From a virus: a stretch of 46,960 bases of DNA. The position numbers were made by a program, and so were the translations under genes. The notes below the pieces were generated by a model. The model saw only the letters and a program-made list of their open reading frames with translations. It made no database searches and had not been told where the DNA came from. Shown one piece after another: positions 31,178-40,311 of this stretch. The stretch's first letter is position 1. Each line of letters begins with the position of its first letter. The stretch spans positions 1-46,960 of IMG/VR virus record IMGVR_UViG_3300045988_180211; one strand, written 5' to 3'.

Positions 31178-31710
31178 ACGAAGAGGAAATCAACGGACTG
31201 ACACTCGAAGAGGCGAAGCCCGAACCGCAAGAAGTGGAAGGCCTGACACTCGAAGAGCCGAAGTCCGAATCGGAAGAAGGCAAGCCCAAAGAATTCTCGG
31301 GGCATGACGACGTACCCGACGCGTACGAGGTGGAGGGCGAAAGCCCGGCCTTTAACGAAGGGGTCGGCAAGGTCGCTCGTGAGATCGGACTGTCTCAGGA
31401 TCACCTTGAGCGCGTGACGCAGGCCATCGATGACGTGCGGCAGAACGAGGCCTACGCGGTCGCAAAGCAGTGGGTTGAGCAGCTCAAGCAGGACCCGGAG
31501 ATCGGCGGGCAGAACTTTGATTCGTCCCTGAAGCTGGCGCGCCAGGTCTTTGACGAGTTCGCACCGTCAACCGAACTGCGCCAGCTCTTGGCGTATTCGG
31601 GCGTCACGAACCACCCTGACTTCATCCGCATGTTTACGAACATCGCCAAGCGCCTGGGAATGCAGACGGCTACGGCGTCGCGGTTCCCCAACAGTCGCAT
31701 GGAGGACTGA
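31174..31710 (+). CDS. Scaffold-like protein, paralog 1 (acidic repeat N-terminus)
   Basis: It aligns by eye with 34045..34659: AREIGLSQD/ARELGLSKD, DPEIGGQNF/DPEFGGENV, HPDFIRMF/HPDVVRMF and FPNS at the C-terminus. A 45-nt-period GLTLEE(A/P)K repeat is present. Confidence 0.6.
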   Translation: MNEEEINGLTLEEAKPEPQEVEGLTLEEPKSESEEGKPKEFSGHDDVPDAYEVEGESPAFNEGVGKVAREIGLSQDHLERVTQAIDDVRQNEAYAVAKQWVEQLKQDPEIGGQNFDSSLKLARQVFDEFAPSTELRQLLAYSGVTNHPDFIRMFTNIAKRLGMQTATASRFPNSRMED

Positions 31711-31712
31711 GC

Positions 31713-32084
31713 ATGGGTTTCTTCAAATCGATTGGACGCGTGTTCAAAAAAGTTGGTAAAGCGGTCAAGAGCATCGCGAAGCAAGCGTGGCAGGGCGTCC
31801 GAAATCCGGCGGGGTTTATGAAGGAGCTCGTAAAGAACCCCTTCGGCAAGATCGCCCAGACGGCGGGTTTGGACGTGCTTTTCGCAAGATCGTACGACGG
31901 GGCGAACCCTGAGCACGGGTCAACGTGGACGCAGGATGAGAGTGATGACGCCAAGGCGCAGGAACGCGCCCGCATGCTCAGTCGTCAGGGCATGCAGGGC
32001 GCCACCCCCATCATGCTCTTGGGACAGGACGTCACCGACGATGAGCTCACGAAGGACAGCAAGCTCGGAGGGGATGAGCGATGA
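31713..32084 (+). CDS. Small hypothetical protein upstream of portal (amphipathic basic N-terminus)
   Basis: SD GGAGGA is present. N-terminus MGFFKSIGRVFKKVGKAVKSIAKQAW. Confidence 0.55.
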   Translation: MGFFKSIGRVFKKVGKAVKSIAKQAWQGVRNPAGFMKELVKNPFGKIAQTAGLDVLFARSYDGANPEHGSTWTQDESDDAKAQERARMLSRQGMQGATPIMLLGQDVTDDELTKDSKLGGDER

Positions 32085-33751
32085 CGCAGAGCCTCAAAAC
32101 CCGATGCGCGCAACGCTGGGAGGCGCTCAAGTCCGAGCGCTCCTCGTGGATGCCGCACTGGCAGGAAATCAGCGAAGTGCTTACGCCCCGCACGGGGCGC
32201 TTTCTCGTGAGCGACACGAACCGCGGCGACAAGCGCCACCGCGCCATTCTTGATAACACGGGGACGCGAGCGCTTCGAACTTTGGCGGGCGGCATGATGG
32301 CCGGCATGACGAGCCCGGCACGCCCGTGGTTCCGCTTGACGACGATGAACCCCGAACTCGACGAGAGCTATGAGGTGAAGGATTGGCTGGGGAAGGTCAC
32401 TGCGACCATGCAGATGATCTTCAACAAGTCGAACATTTACCGCGGGCTCCATACGGCGTATGAGGAGTTGGGGGCATACGGCACTTGCGCCGTCCTGGTA
32501 CTTGACGACTGGGATGACGTGGTGCGCTGTGTTCCGCTGACGATCGGGGAATACGCCATTGCGACGGATGGCCGTGGTCGCGTGAACACGCTGTACCGCG
32601 AGTTTCGTATGACGTGTTCGCAGATGGTGCAGGAATTCGGTTACGAGCATTGCTCCGGCGCCGTGAGGAAGGCCTTCGATGAGCATCTGTACGACGAATG
32701 GTTCACGGTGGTGAACGCCATTGAGCCGCGCAACATGCGTGATCCGGAAAAGCTCGATGCGAAAAACATGCCGTATCGGTCGGTCTATTTTGAGCCTGAC
32801 GGTGACGACAACAAACTGCTTCGCGAAACGGGCTTCAAGACGTTCCCCGCGTTGTGCGGCCGCTGGGTTGTTTCGGGCGGTGACATCTACGGTACGTCTC
32901 CGGGTATGGAGGCGCTGGGCGACTTGCGTCAGCTGCAGGATGAACAGCTCTGCAAATCGAAAGCAATCAGCTATCAGGCCGATCCGCCGGTGTTGGTGCC
33001 CGCGGACTTGAAGGACGATGAAGACTCCATGGTGCCGGGCGGCACGGTGTTCGTGGATTCCACGGCGCAGGCGCAGATGGTGCGCTCGGCGTTCGAAGTT
33101 AATCTGCGGTTGGACTTCCTGTTGCAAGACATTCAGGAAACGCATTCGCGCATCAACGAAGCCTTCTACAAAGACATTTTCCTGATGCTCACGGAGCAGG
33201 GCGGAAACCGCATGACGGCCACCGAAGTCGCGGAACGCCACGAAGAGAAGATGCTGATGCTGGGGCCGGTGCTCGATCGACTCAACAGCGAAATGCTTGA
33301 TCCGTTGATCGCCTTGGTTTTCGCGCGCATGCAGGAGCTGAACCTGCTGCCGCCGTTGCCCGAAGAGCTGCAGAACGTGGAGCTCCAGGTGGACTTCACT
33401 TCCATCCTTGCGCAGAGCCAGAAGGCCGTGACCACCAACGCCATCGACCGCTTCACCAACGCCCTAGGGGTGATTGCCGGCGTGAAAGCCGACGTGGTGG
33501 ACAAGTTCGATGCGGACTACTGGGTTGACTGCTATGCGGACGCCTTGGGTGTGGACGCCAGACTGTGCGTTCCGACGAAGAAGGTTGAGCAAATCCGTGA
33601 AGCCCGTGCTCAGGCGCAGGCTCAGCAGGCACGGATGGAGCAGGCTCAGCAGGCGGCCTCGGCTTTGAAGGATGTGTCGGCGGCAGGCGCAGGCCAGCAG
33701 ATCGACCCCATGGAGCCGCAAGACATCAACGGCATGTTCGCGGGCTATTGA
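32081..33751 (+). CDS. Portal protein (T7 gp8-type head-to-tail connector)
   Basis: DIYGTSPGMEALGDLRQLQDEQ compares with T7 ESYGRSYIEEYLGDLRSLENLQ. RMTATEVAERHEEKMLMLGPVLDRLNSEMLDPL compares with T7 ERVTAEEIRYVASELEDTLGGVYSILSQELQLPL. Confidence 0.9.
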   Translation: MTQSLKTRCAQRWEALKSERSSWMPHWQEISEVLTPRTGRFLVSDTNRGDKRHRAILDNTGTRALRTLAGGMMAGMTSPARPWFRLTTMNPELDESYEVKDWLGKVTATMQMIFNKSNIYRGLHTAYEELGAYGTCAVLVLDDWDDVVRCVPLTIGEYAIATDGRGRVNTLYREFRMTCSQMVQEFGYEHCSGAVRKAFDEHLYDEWFTVVNAIEPRNMRDPEKLDAKNMPYRSVYFEPDGDDNKLLRETGFKTFPALCGRWVVSGGDIYGTSPGMEALGDLRQLQDEQLCKSKAISYQADPPVLVPADLKDDEDSMVPGGTVFVDSTAQAQMVRSAFEVNLRLDFLLQDIQETHSRINEAFYKDIFLMLTEQGGNRMTATEVAERHEEKMLMLGPVLDRLNSEMLDPLIALVFARMQELNLLPPLPEELQNVELQVDFTSILAQSQKAVTTNAIDRFTNALGVIAGVKADVVDKFDADYWVDCYADALGVDARLCVPTKKVEQIREARAQAQAQQARMEQAQQAASALKDVSAAGAGQQIDPMEPQDINGMFAGY

Positions 33752-33770
33752 CGAATGAGGGGGACGGGCA

Positions 33771-34067
33771 TTGGAAAAATTCGCACCAAGTGAAAAGCAG
33801 GCACGAAAGGAACAGCAGGACAATGACCTTCGTTGGCTCATGAATGACCGGCGGGGTCGTCGTCTGATGATGCGGCTTTTATCGGGCGTTGGGATGTTTC
33901 GTAGCACGTACGACCCGGGGTTGAAGGACATTGCCTCAGAGATGCTCTTTCGTGAAGGCCAGAAGAATGTGGGCTATCGATTGATGTCTGAAATCAATCG
34001 GGTGTGCCCCGAGACCTATTTCTCGATGATGAAGGAATCAAACGATGGCGGAAGAAGCGGTAACTGA
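33771..34067 (+). CDS. Hypothetical conserved head-module protein (TTG start)
   Basis: SD GAGGGGGA lies 6 nt upstream of the TTG. The gene sits between the portal and the scaffold. Confidence 0.5.
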   Translation: MEKFAPSEKQARKEQQDNDLRWLMNDRRGRRLMMRLLSGVGMFRSTYDPGLKDIASEMLFREGQKNVGYRLMSEINRVCPETYFSMMKESNDGGRSGN

Positions 34068-34659
34068 AACGGCTCCGACGGTTGAATCGACGACTTCGGC
34101 CGAATCCGCGCCCGCGACTCCTGCGGTTAAAACCGCTCAGGTCGAACCCGCGCAGGGGCAGCCGCAGGAAGAAGGCAAGCCGCAGGAAGAAGGCAAGCCG
34201 CAGGACGAAGGCGCGCCCGAAGACTACGGCGACTTCGCCGACGACAAGGGTGCGACGTTCAGCTCGAAGGACATGCCGGAATTCACGGCCATGGCCCGCG
34301 AGTTGGGCTTGTCCAAGGACCGCGCGCAGAAGCTTTTGATGACGATGGTCCCGACGATGCGCAACAAGTTGCAGTCCTCGACGGCGGCCATCCAGGCGAG
34401 CTGGCGCCGATCTTTGGCGACGGATCCCGAGTTTGGTGGTGAGAACGTCCGCGAGAACATGGCGATTGCCACGACGGCCTACCGCAAGTTTGTCACTAAG
34501 GATTTGAACGACCTGTTGTCGCGCACCGGATTGGCGGCGCATCCCGACGTCGTTCGAATGTTTTTCCGACTCGGCAAGTCCATGTCGCAAGACACAGGCG
34601 TCACGGGGGAGGGGGCTCCCGCGCCGAAGCGTCGTCTTTTCCCCAACTCTGACATGTAA
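34045..34659 (+). CDS. Scaffold-like protein, paralog 2 (directly upstream of the capsid gene)
   Basis: Its position, the acidic QEEGKP repeats, and paralogy with 31174..31710. Confidence 0.65.
   Translation: MAEEAVTETAPTVESTTSAESAPATPAVKTAQVEPAQGQPQEEGKPQEEGKPQDEGAPEDYGDFADDKGATFSSKDMPEFTAMARELGLSKDRAQKLLMTMVPTMRNKLQSSTAAIQASWRRSLATDPEFGGENVRENMAIATTAYRKFVTKDLNDLLSRTGLAAHPDVVRMFFRLGKSMSQDTGVTGEGAPAPKRRLFPNSDM
34162..34212 (+). repeat. 18-nt tandem repeat, about 2.8 copies (ccgcaggaagaaggcaag), encoding PQEEGK repeats
   Basis: Direct reading: 34162-79, 34180-97, and a partial copy at 34198-212. Confidence 0.9.
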
Positions 34660-34672
34660 GTAAGGGAGATTT

Positions 34673-35671
34673 ATGGCAACACTCAATCCGACTCTCGCCG
34701 ACGTCACCAGCCGATCCATGAAGGACGGCAAGATCGACACCGAGATCGTCGAAATGCTCAACGAAACGAACGAGATGCTAAATGACATCACGTTCGTCGA
34801 AGCTACCGGCGTTACCGAAAACATCACCACCGTTCGCACGGGTCTGCCGCAGGTTGCGTGGCGTACCCTGAACTACGGCGTTCCGACGGGCAAGTCCAAG
34901 ACCGCTCAGGTGTCCGATTCCATCGGCATGCTTGAAGCGTACGCCGAAGTCGATAAGAAGCTGGTGGATATCAACAGCAACAAGGAAGCGTTCCGCATCA
35001 CGGAAAACCGCGCGTTCATCGAATCGATGAACCAGGAATTCCAGCGCGCTTTGCTCTTTGGCGACATCACGACCGATCCGGCAAAGATCATGGGGCTGGC
35101 CCCTCGATTTGCGACGGGCGACGTGACGAAGGCGGAAAACGCCATCAACGTCATCGATTGCGGCGGCACCAAGAACCTCACCTCCATGTGGCTCGTGTGC
35201 TGGTCGCCGCTCACGGCGTTCTGCACGTACCCCAAGGGTCTGCCCGGTGGCCTGAAGAACACCGACTTGGGCGAAGTGACGCTGGATGACGCCAACGGCA
35301 ACCATTATCAGGGCTATCGTTCTCACTACGAGTGGAACGTTGGCTTTGTGCTGCGCGACTGGCGTTATGTGGTTCGCTTGGCGAACATCGATGTGAAGGC
35401 CCTCAAGAATGATCCCCAGACGGGCGATTGCATCCTCGCCGACAAGATGATTGAAGCTCTTGAAACGCTGCCGAACCAGTCTATTGGCCGTCCCGCGTTT
35501 TACTGCAATAAGACGGTTTCCGCGTTCCTGCGCAAGCAGATTCGCAACGGCAAGAACGTCAACATCACGATGGAGCAGATTGCCGGTAAGCGTGTAACGG
35601 CCTTTGACGGCGTGCCTATCCGCCGCGTTGACGCGCTGATCCCGGGTGAAGCCCACGTGGCGTTCAGCTAA
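34673..35671 (+). CDS. Major capsid protein (HK97 fold, epsilon15/BPP-1-like type)
   Basis: 332 aa after the scaffold. Motifs EAYAEVDKKLV, LLFGDITTDPAKIMGLAPRF and WEWNVGFVLRDWRYVVRLANID. SD AAGGGAG is present. Confidence 0.85.
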   Translation: MATLNPTLADVTSRSMKDGKIDTEIVEMLNETNEMLNDITFVEATGVTENITTVRTGLPQVAWRTLNYGVPTGKSKTAQVSDSIGMLEAYAEVDKKLVDINSNKEAFRITENRAFIESMNQEFQRALLFGDITTDPAKIMGLAPRFATGDVTKAENAINVIDCGGTKNLTSMWLVCWSPLTAFCTYPKGLPGGLKNTDLGEVTLDDANGNHYQGYRSHYEWNVGFVLRDWRYVVRLANIDVKALKNDPQTGDCILADKMIEALETLPNQSIGRPAFYCNKTVSAFLRKQIRNGKNVNITMEQIAGKRVTAFDGVPIRRVDALIPGEAHVAFS

Positions 35672-35684
35672 GGAGGGAAGAAAA

Positions 35685-36110
35685 ATGTTGGTTGATCATT
35701 CTCTTAAGTTCTCCGACAAGCAGAAGCTCACCGCTGCGGCGGCATCGACGAACGTTGTTGACCTTGAAGAAGGCACGAGCAGTGCGGGCTTTTCCAAGGG
35801 GCTCGAAGTGACGGCGGTCGTGACGTCCGACGTGACCGGCACCCTGCAGGTTCAGCTTCAGGACTGCGATACGAAGAGCGGCACGTTCAATACGGTCGCC
35901 GCGGGTGAGATTTTGACGACGCCCAAGGCCGGTACGGTGATTCAGTTCGCCATGCCGTACAAGACCCGCCGTTACATCCGCCTCTATTACGGTGGCGCGC
36001 CGACGGCGGGCGCCGTAACGGGCTTCCTGACCGTTGGCCGTCAGCAGTGGCGAGCGACGGAACAGGCGGCATCGTTGAAGAATGCGACGGTTGCGGAAAC
36101 CAGCGCCTAG
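35685..36110 (+). CDS. Capsid decoration/cement protein (Bbp16-like pattern)
   Basis: MLVDHSLKFSDKQKLTAAAASTNVVDLEEG is the typical N-terminus of this family, from memory. SD AAGGAGGGAAG is present. The gene lies immediately after the MCP gene. Confidence 0.6.
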   Translation: MLVDHSLKFSDKQKLTAAAASTNVVDLEEGTSSAGFSKGLEVTAVVTSDVTGTLQVQLQDCDTKSGTFNTVAAGEILTTPKAGTVIQFAMPYKTRRYIRLYYGGAPTAGAVTGFLTVGRQQWRATEQAASLKNATVAETSA

Positions 36111-36138
36111 TGCGTAGCGCAAGGCGGTCGTGAATGAA

Positions 36139-36164
36139 GGGGGCCTTGCGCCCCCTAAATTTTT
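36139..36164 (+). terminator. Rho-independent terminator after the capsid genes
   Basis: gggggc-cttgc-gccccc, followed by taaattttt. Confidence 0.65.
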
Positions 36165-36175
36165 AGGAGTGTCTC

Positions 36176-36787
36176 ATGGCCTCGGTGGTCACCATTTGCA
36201 ACTTGGCTTTGTCGCGAATTGGCGACAGGGCTTCCATTTCCTCGATCGATCCCCCGGACGGTTCGCTGCAGGCAAACGCCTGCTCGCGCCTGTACCCCAT
36301 TGCCCTGGCTTCATGCCTCGATATGCACAATTGGTCGTTTGCGACGCGCCGCGCAAAGCTCGCCAAATTGAGCTATTCAGGCGATAAGGGCGACTGGCTT
36401 TTTGCCTACGCGCTTCCATCGGACTGCCGGCGCGTGATCGACATCAAAGGTGAGCTACCGTGTCACCTTTTTTCGCGCAAAGAGGAGTTCGAAACCGTCG
36501 GCGAAGATTTTGGCATGGTGCTTCTGACGAACGCAGAAAACCCGTCGCTTCGATACATCACGAGTGAGCCGAAAGTGGCGCAGTTCTCGGGGCTGTTCGT
36601 TGACGCTTTGGCCTGGCTTTTGGCCAGTTACCTTGCCGGCGAAACGATTCGCGGGGACTCGGCTTTTAGCTATGGCACAAAGTGCCTTCAGCAGTTTTCC
36701 CAGACGGTGGCCTCCGCCGCGCAGCAGGACGCAAGGCTTGTTCATAAGCAGACGCGGCACGTGGCTACCTGGATTAGCCGGAGATAG
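36176..36787 (+). CDS. Head-tail adaptor (T7 gp11-like, tail tubular protein A)
   Basis: ICNLALSRIGDRASISSID...ANACSRLYPIALASCLDMHNWSFA compares with T7 gp11 VNDILASIGEPPVSTLE...[20 protein letters not shown]. A large nozzle gene follows it. Confidence 0.75.
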   Translation: MASVVTICNLALSRIGDRASISSIDPPDGSLQANACSRLYPIALASCLDMHNWSFATRRAKLAKLSYSGDKGDWLFAYALPSDCRRVIDIKGELPCHLFSRKEEFETVGEDFGMVLLTNAENPSLRYITSEPKVAQFSGLFVDALAWLLASYLAGETIRGDSAFSYGTKCLQQFSQTVASAAQQDARLVHKQTRHVATWISRR

Positions 36788-36789
36788 CT

Positions 36790-39567
36790 ATGGCGCACAA
36801 GCATTTACAGCAAAGCTTCACGGGCGGAGAAGTGTCGCCCGCTATGTACGGTCGACTTGACGACCAAAAGTATCAGCAGGGATTGGCGACCTGCCGCAAT
36901 TTCGTGGTGCTTCCGCAGGGACCCGTGCGCAACCGCTCGGGCTTTGCCTACGTAGGAAAAGCGAAGTTCGCGGACAAGCCGGCAATGCTTTTCCCATTCG
37001 TTTTCTCCTCGGACGACACGATGCTTTTGGAGTTCGGGGACGAATACATCCGCGTCATCACGCGCGGCGGTTATGTGTCGTCTGCGGCCGGTTCGACAAC
37101 TCCCTTTGAGATCGCCACGCCCTACGCTGCGGAAGATCTTAAGGATCTGCATTACGCGCAGTCCGGCGACGTGATGACCCTGGTGCATCCGAACTACGCG
37201 CCGCGCGAACTGCGCCGATACGGTGTTCGCGATTGGCGACTCGTGCCGGTCGATTTTAGGGCACCGCTTGCCGCGCCCACCGGCCTGACGGGGGAATACG
37301 CCTGCAGCGACAAAAACGCAACCAGCGAAGAAAAAAGCGCGTACACCATTCGATATAAGGTCACAGCGATAAAGACCACGGACGAAGGAAACAAGGAGTC
37401 CGCGGCCTCTGCCGTGTGCTCGGTGACGGGCAACCTGTATTTGTCTTCGTCGAGCATCACGCTCAAATGGGGCTCTGTGCCTGAAGCGCAGCGGTATCGC
37501 GTTTACAAAACCTATTCAGGTGTTTACGGTTACATCGGCGAGGTTGAGGATACAACCTTCACGGACAACAACATCGCCAACGACCCGAGCATTACGCCGC
37601 CACGCTACGATGACCCGTTCAACCAAGCAAAGGGCATAACGTCGGTGACGGTCACCAACGGCGGTAGCGGATACACGTACGTAAATGGCGGGGTCGTTAA
37701 GAAAGCGTACAGCGCAGTGGCGACGTCCCTCAAAAGGTCAACGGAACCGCTCAAGAACCAAGAGATGCGCACGATGCGCTACGAGGCCTACAGCGGCGAT
37801 TTGGCGGCCGCAAAGGCATGGCCGTTGAGCAGTGACAAGGGGTTCCCCAGCGAGCAGGAAGTGGTTGATGCGGCCAAGCAAGGCATGGAGCTCGTGTGCA
37901 TTGACGGTAACGGCGCCGGCGCGACGTTCGAGCCGAAGTTCGCGTTCGATCGATATACCACCGGCGACGGAGAAGACAAACGATACACGACGCGGGCAAC
38001 CCTTACGGGGTTCGAAATTACGGGGGGCGGCTCCCACTATCGCAAAGCGGCGCTGTACGTTTACATGCGCGATCCTCTTGTTATGGGGCTTTACGCGCTG
38101 CGCTACGAATACACGCTCGAAGTGCGTACCAGCGCGGACGTGACGTGCGAAGTGGTCGACAGCACAGGGGGAGGCGCCGAGCTTGTCCCCATCGTTGAGA
38201 ACGGCGCGGTGGCCTCCGTCAAGGTGCGCTCCGGCGGCTCGGGCTATACGAACCCGACCATTCGTTTCACCTCTTTGGGCACAGGCTCAGGCGCCGCCGC
38301 GACGGCGAACGTAGGCTTGGCGGGTGACTATCCCGGGGCGGTGTCCTACTTTGAACAGCGCCGAATTTTCGCCGGTACGGCCGCAAGGCCTCTTTTCGTG
38401 TGGATGACGCGGCCGGGCACGGAAAGCGACATGAGCTATACGCTTCCGAGCCAAAAAGACAACCGGATCAAATTCCGCGTGGCCGCCTTGCAGGCGTCTC
38501 GCATCCGTCACATCGTGCCCCTTTCAAGCCTCATTCTCATGACGACGTCGGCTGAGTTCCGGGTCACGACGGCAAACGACGACACCTTGACGCCAAGCTC
38601 CGTCGGCGTCAAACCGCAGAGTTATGTTGGCGCGTCGAACGTCTCGCCCGTGGTCGTGAACTCATCGATCGTGTACGCCTCAGAGCGAGGCGGCCACGTG
38701 TGGGAGTTGGGGTACAACTGGCAGGCGTCGGGCTTTGTGACGGGTGACATGTGCCTTCGTGCCGCGCACCTCTTTGACGGCAAAACGGTGGTCTCCATGA
38801 CGCAGGCCAAGGCGCCTTCTCCCGTCATTTGGTGCGTGTCGTCCGACGGCGCTCTTCTCGGCTGCACCTACGTGCCCGAGCAGTCCGTGGGGGCGTGGCA
38901 TCGGCACGATACAAAGAACGGGGTGTTCGAATCCGTGGCCTGCGTTTCGGAAGGAAACGAGGATATCCTGTACGCCATGATCCGCAGAACGATCAACGGG
39001 AAGATCGTGCGCTACATCGAACGGATGCACGAGCGTGAGGCGCTCAGCCTTGATCGGTCGTTTTTCGTTGATGCCGGCGTTGAGGACGCTTATGAGGTGC
39101 CGCAGAATTTCGTCGAGAACCTGGAGCACCTGGAAGGCTGCGAAGTGGCGATTCTCGCCGACGGCAAGGTGATGCCGCGAGCCGTGGTGAAAAACGGGCG
39201 GGTTACATTCCCCGACAAGGCGGCGCGCGTCGTCGTCGGGCTTCCCATCGAGAGTGACTTGCAGACGCTGCCTGTGGCGCTCCAGACGCAGGACGGGGGT
39301 TTTGCTCAAGGGGCGATGAAGAACGTCGTTCGGGAATTCGTCCGTGTCTATCGTTCGTCGGGTGTGAAAGTTGGGGCGTCCTTTGACGATCTTTACGAGG
39401 CGGCGCCCCGCCAGTTCGAGCCCTACGGCACGCCGCCACAGTTGAAAAGCGAGAACATCGAGGTGATGTCAGGCCCTTCGTGGGATGAGTCAGGTGCGGT
39501 GTGCATCCGACAGGATGAGCCCCTTCCCCTGATGATCTGCGGCATCACAGCCGAGATCGCGCTTTGA
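36790..39567 (+). CDS. Tail nozzle (T7 gp12-like, tail tubular protein B) with inserted GG(S)GY repeat domains
   Basis: LQQSFTGGEVSP compares with T7 IKNLKGGISQQP. YFEQRRIFAGT compares with FFRNRLGFLSG. IVPLSSLILMTTSAEFRVT compares with AVPFSEELLIWSDEAQFVLT. Confidence 0.8.
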   Translation: MAHKHLQQSFTGGEVSPAMYGRLDDQKYQQGLATCRNFVVLPQGPVRNRSGFAYVGKAKFADKPAMLFPFVFSSDDTMLLEFGDEYIRVITRGGYVSSAAGSTTPFEIATPYAAEDLKDLHYAQSGDVMTLVHPNYAPRELRRYGVRDWRLVPVDFRAPLAAPTGLTGEYACSDKNATSEEKSAYTIRYKVTAIKTTDEGNKESAASAVCSVTGNLYLSSSSITLKWGSVPEAQRYRVYKTYSGVYGYIGEVEDTTFTDNNIANDPSITPPRYDDPFNQAKGITSVTVTNGGSGYTYVNGGVVKKAYSAVATSLKRSTEPLKNQEMRTMRYEAYSGDLAAAKAWPLSSDKGFPSEQEVVDAAKQGMELVCIDGNGAGATFEPKFAFDRYTTGDGEDKRYTTRATLTGFEITGGGSHYRKAALYVYMRDPLVMGLYALRYEYTLEVRTSADVTCEVVDSTGGGAELVPIVENGAVASVKVRSGGSGYTNPTIRFTSLGTGSGAAATANVGLAGDYPGAVSYFEQRRIFAGTAARPLFVWMTRPGTESDMSYTLPSQKDNRIKFRVAALQASRIRHIVPLSSLILMTTSAEFRVTTANDDTLTPSSVGVKPQSYVGASNVSPVVVNSSIVYASERGGHVWELGYNWQASGFVTGDMCLRAAHLFDGKTVVSMTQAKAPSPVIWCVSSDGALLGCTYVPEQSVGAWHRHDTKNGVFESVACVSEGNEDILYAMIRRTINGKIVRYIERMHEREALSLDRSFFVDAGVEDAYEVPQNFVENLEHLEGCEVAILADGKVMPRAVVKNGRVTFPDKAARVVVGLPIESDLQTLPVALQTQDGGFAQGAMKNVVREFVRVYRSSGVKVGASFDDLYEAAPRQFEPYGTPPQLKSENIEVMSGPSWDESGAVCIRQDEPLPLMICGITAEIAL

Positions 39568-39618
39568 CGATTGACCTCCGTAACGCGGGACAAACTGCGG
39601 CTACGGAGGTCATTTTTT
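39563..39618 (+). promoter_or_regulatory. Conserved motif TTTGACGATTGAC-N16-AAACTGC plus terminator hairpin plus T6 abutting the next ATG (copy B)
   Basis: The motif spans 39563-39598. The hairpin gacctccgta/tacggaggtc (39573-82 / 39602-11) is a perfect 10-bp stem. T6 (39613-18) and the ATG at 39619 follow. Confidence 0.6.
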
Positions 39619-40311
39619 ATGGCGAGTTATCTTAACAGCACGACGGGCGGCGTCGACTTCTACCGATTGCTTCGCGGCAGCCTTGCCACGCAGAAAGTTT
39701 ACAGCGTGGGCGAGCCTGACTCCCGCCGGGTGATTGGCGAGAAAACGGTTATCACAAACAAGCTGGGGGCTTACGTCGCCAAGGCGGGCATCGGCTACAG
39801 CATCGGTAAAGGCGCCGGCGACGCCATTGGCTCATACATCACGGCACGCGGAACGGCGTCGGCCTTGGCCTCGCAGGCGTCCGTCACGAAAGACAACGGC
39901 TACGTCGCGCAGATGGGTGTGGAGCAGGCTTTCCGTGCGGGCGAGGCGCAGATTGCCGCCATCGGCATGAAGCAGGCCGATGTGAAGGCGCAGCAGCGCA
40001 CGGCGTTCGCGGCCAACGGCATCGCTATCGGTGTCGGTTCGGCGGCCGAACTGGCGGCCTCAACGGACCTACAGGCCGAGGTCGACAAGATCACGGCGCG
40101 GCAGAACGCGCTTGCGCAAGCCTGGGGATACCGCCGGCAGCGCATGATGAGCTTTGCGCAGGCCGAGGGCCAGAGGATCATGGCCAATGCGACGAAATCG
40201 GTGGGCCGCGTGCAGATGTTTGGGGGTCTCGTCTCGACGGCATTGCAGGCCGCCGGCGGTTTTGCGAGCATCTCGCCGCTTACTCTCAAGAAACCCACCG
40301 GAGGTGCGTAA
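39619..40311 (+). CDS. Internal virion protein (T7 gp14 position)
   Basis: It sits after the nozzle. Ala/Gln-rich helical sequence. The track start at 39571 lies inside the terminator, so the ATG at 39619 is used. Confidence 0.6.
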   Translation: MASYLNSTTGGVDFYRLLRGSLATQKVYSVGEPDSRRVIGEKTVITNKLGAYVAKAGIGYSIGKGAGDAIGSYITARGTASALASQASVTKDNGYVAQMGVEQAFRAGEAQIAAIGMKQADVKAQQRTAFAANGIAIGVGSAAELAASTDLQAEVDKITARQNALAQAWGYRRQRMMSFAQAEGQRIMANATKSVGRVQMFGGLVSTALQAAGGFASISPLTLKKPTGGA

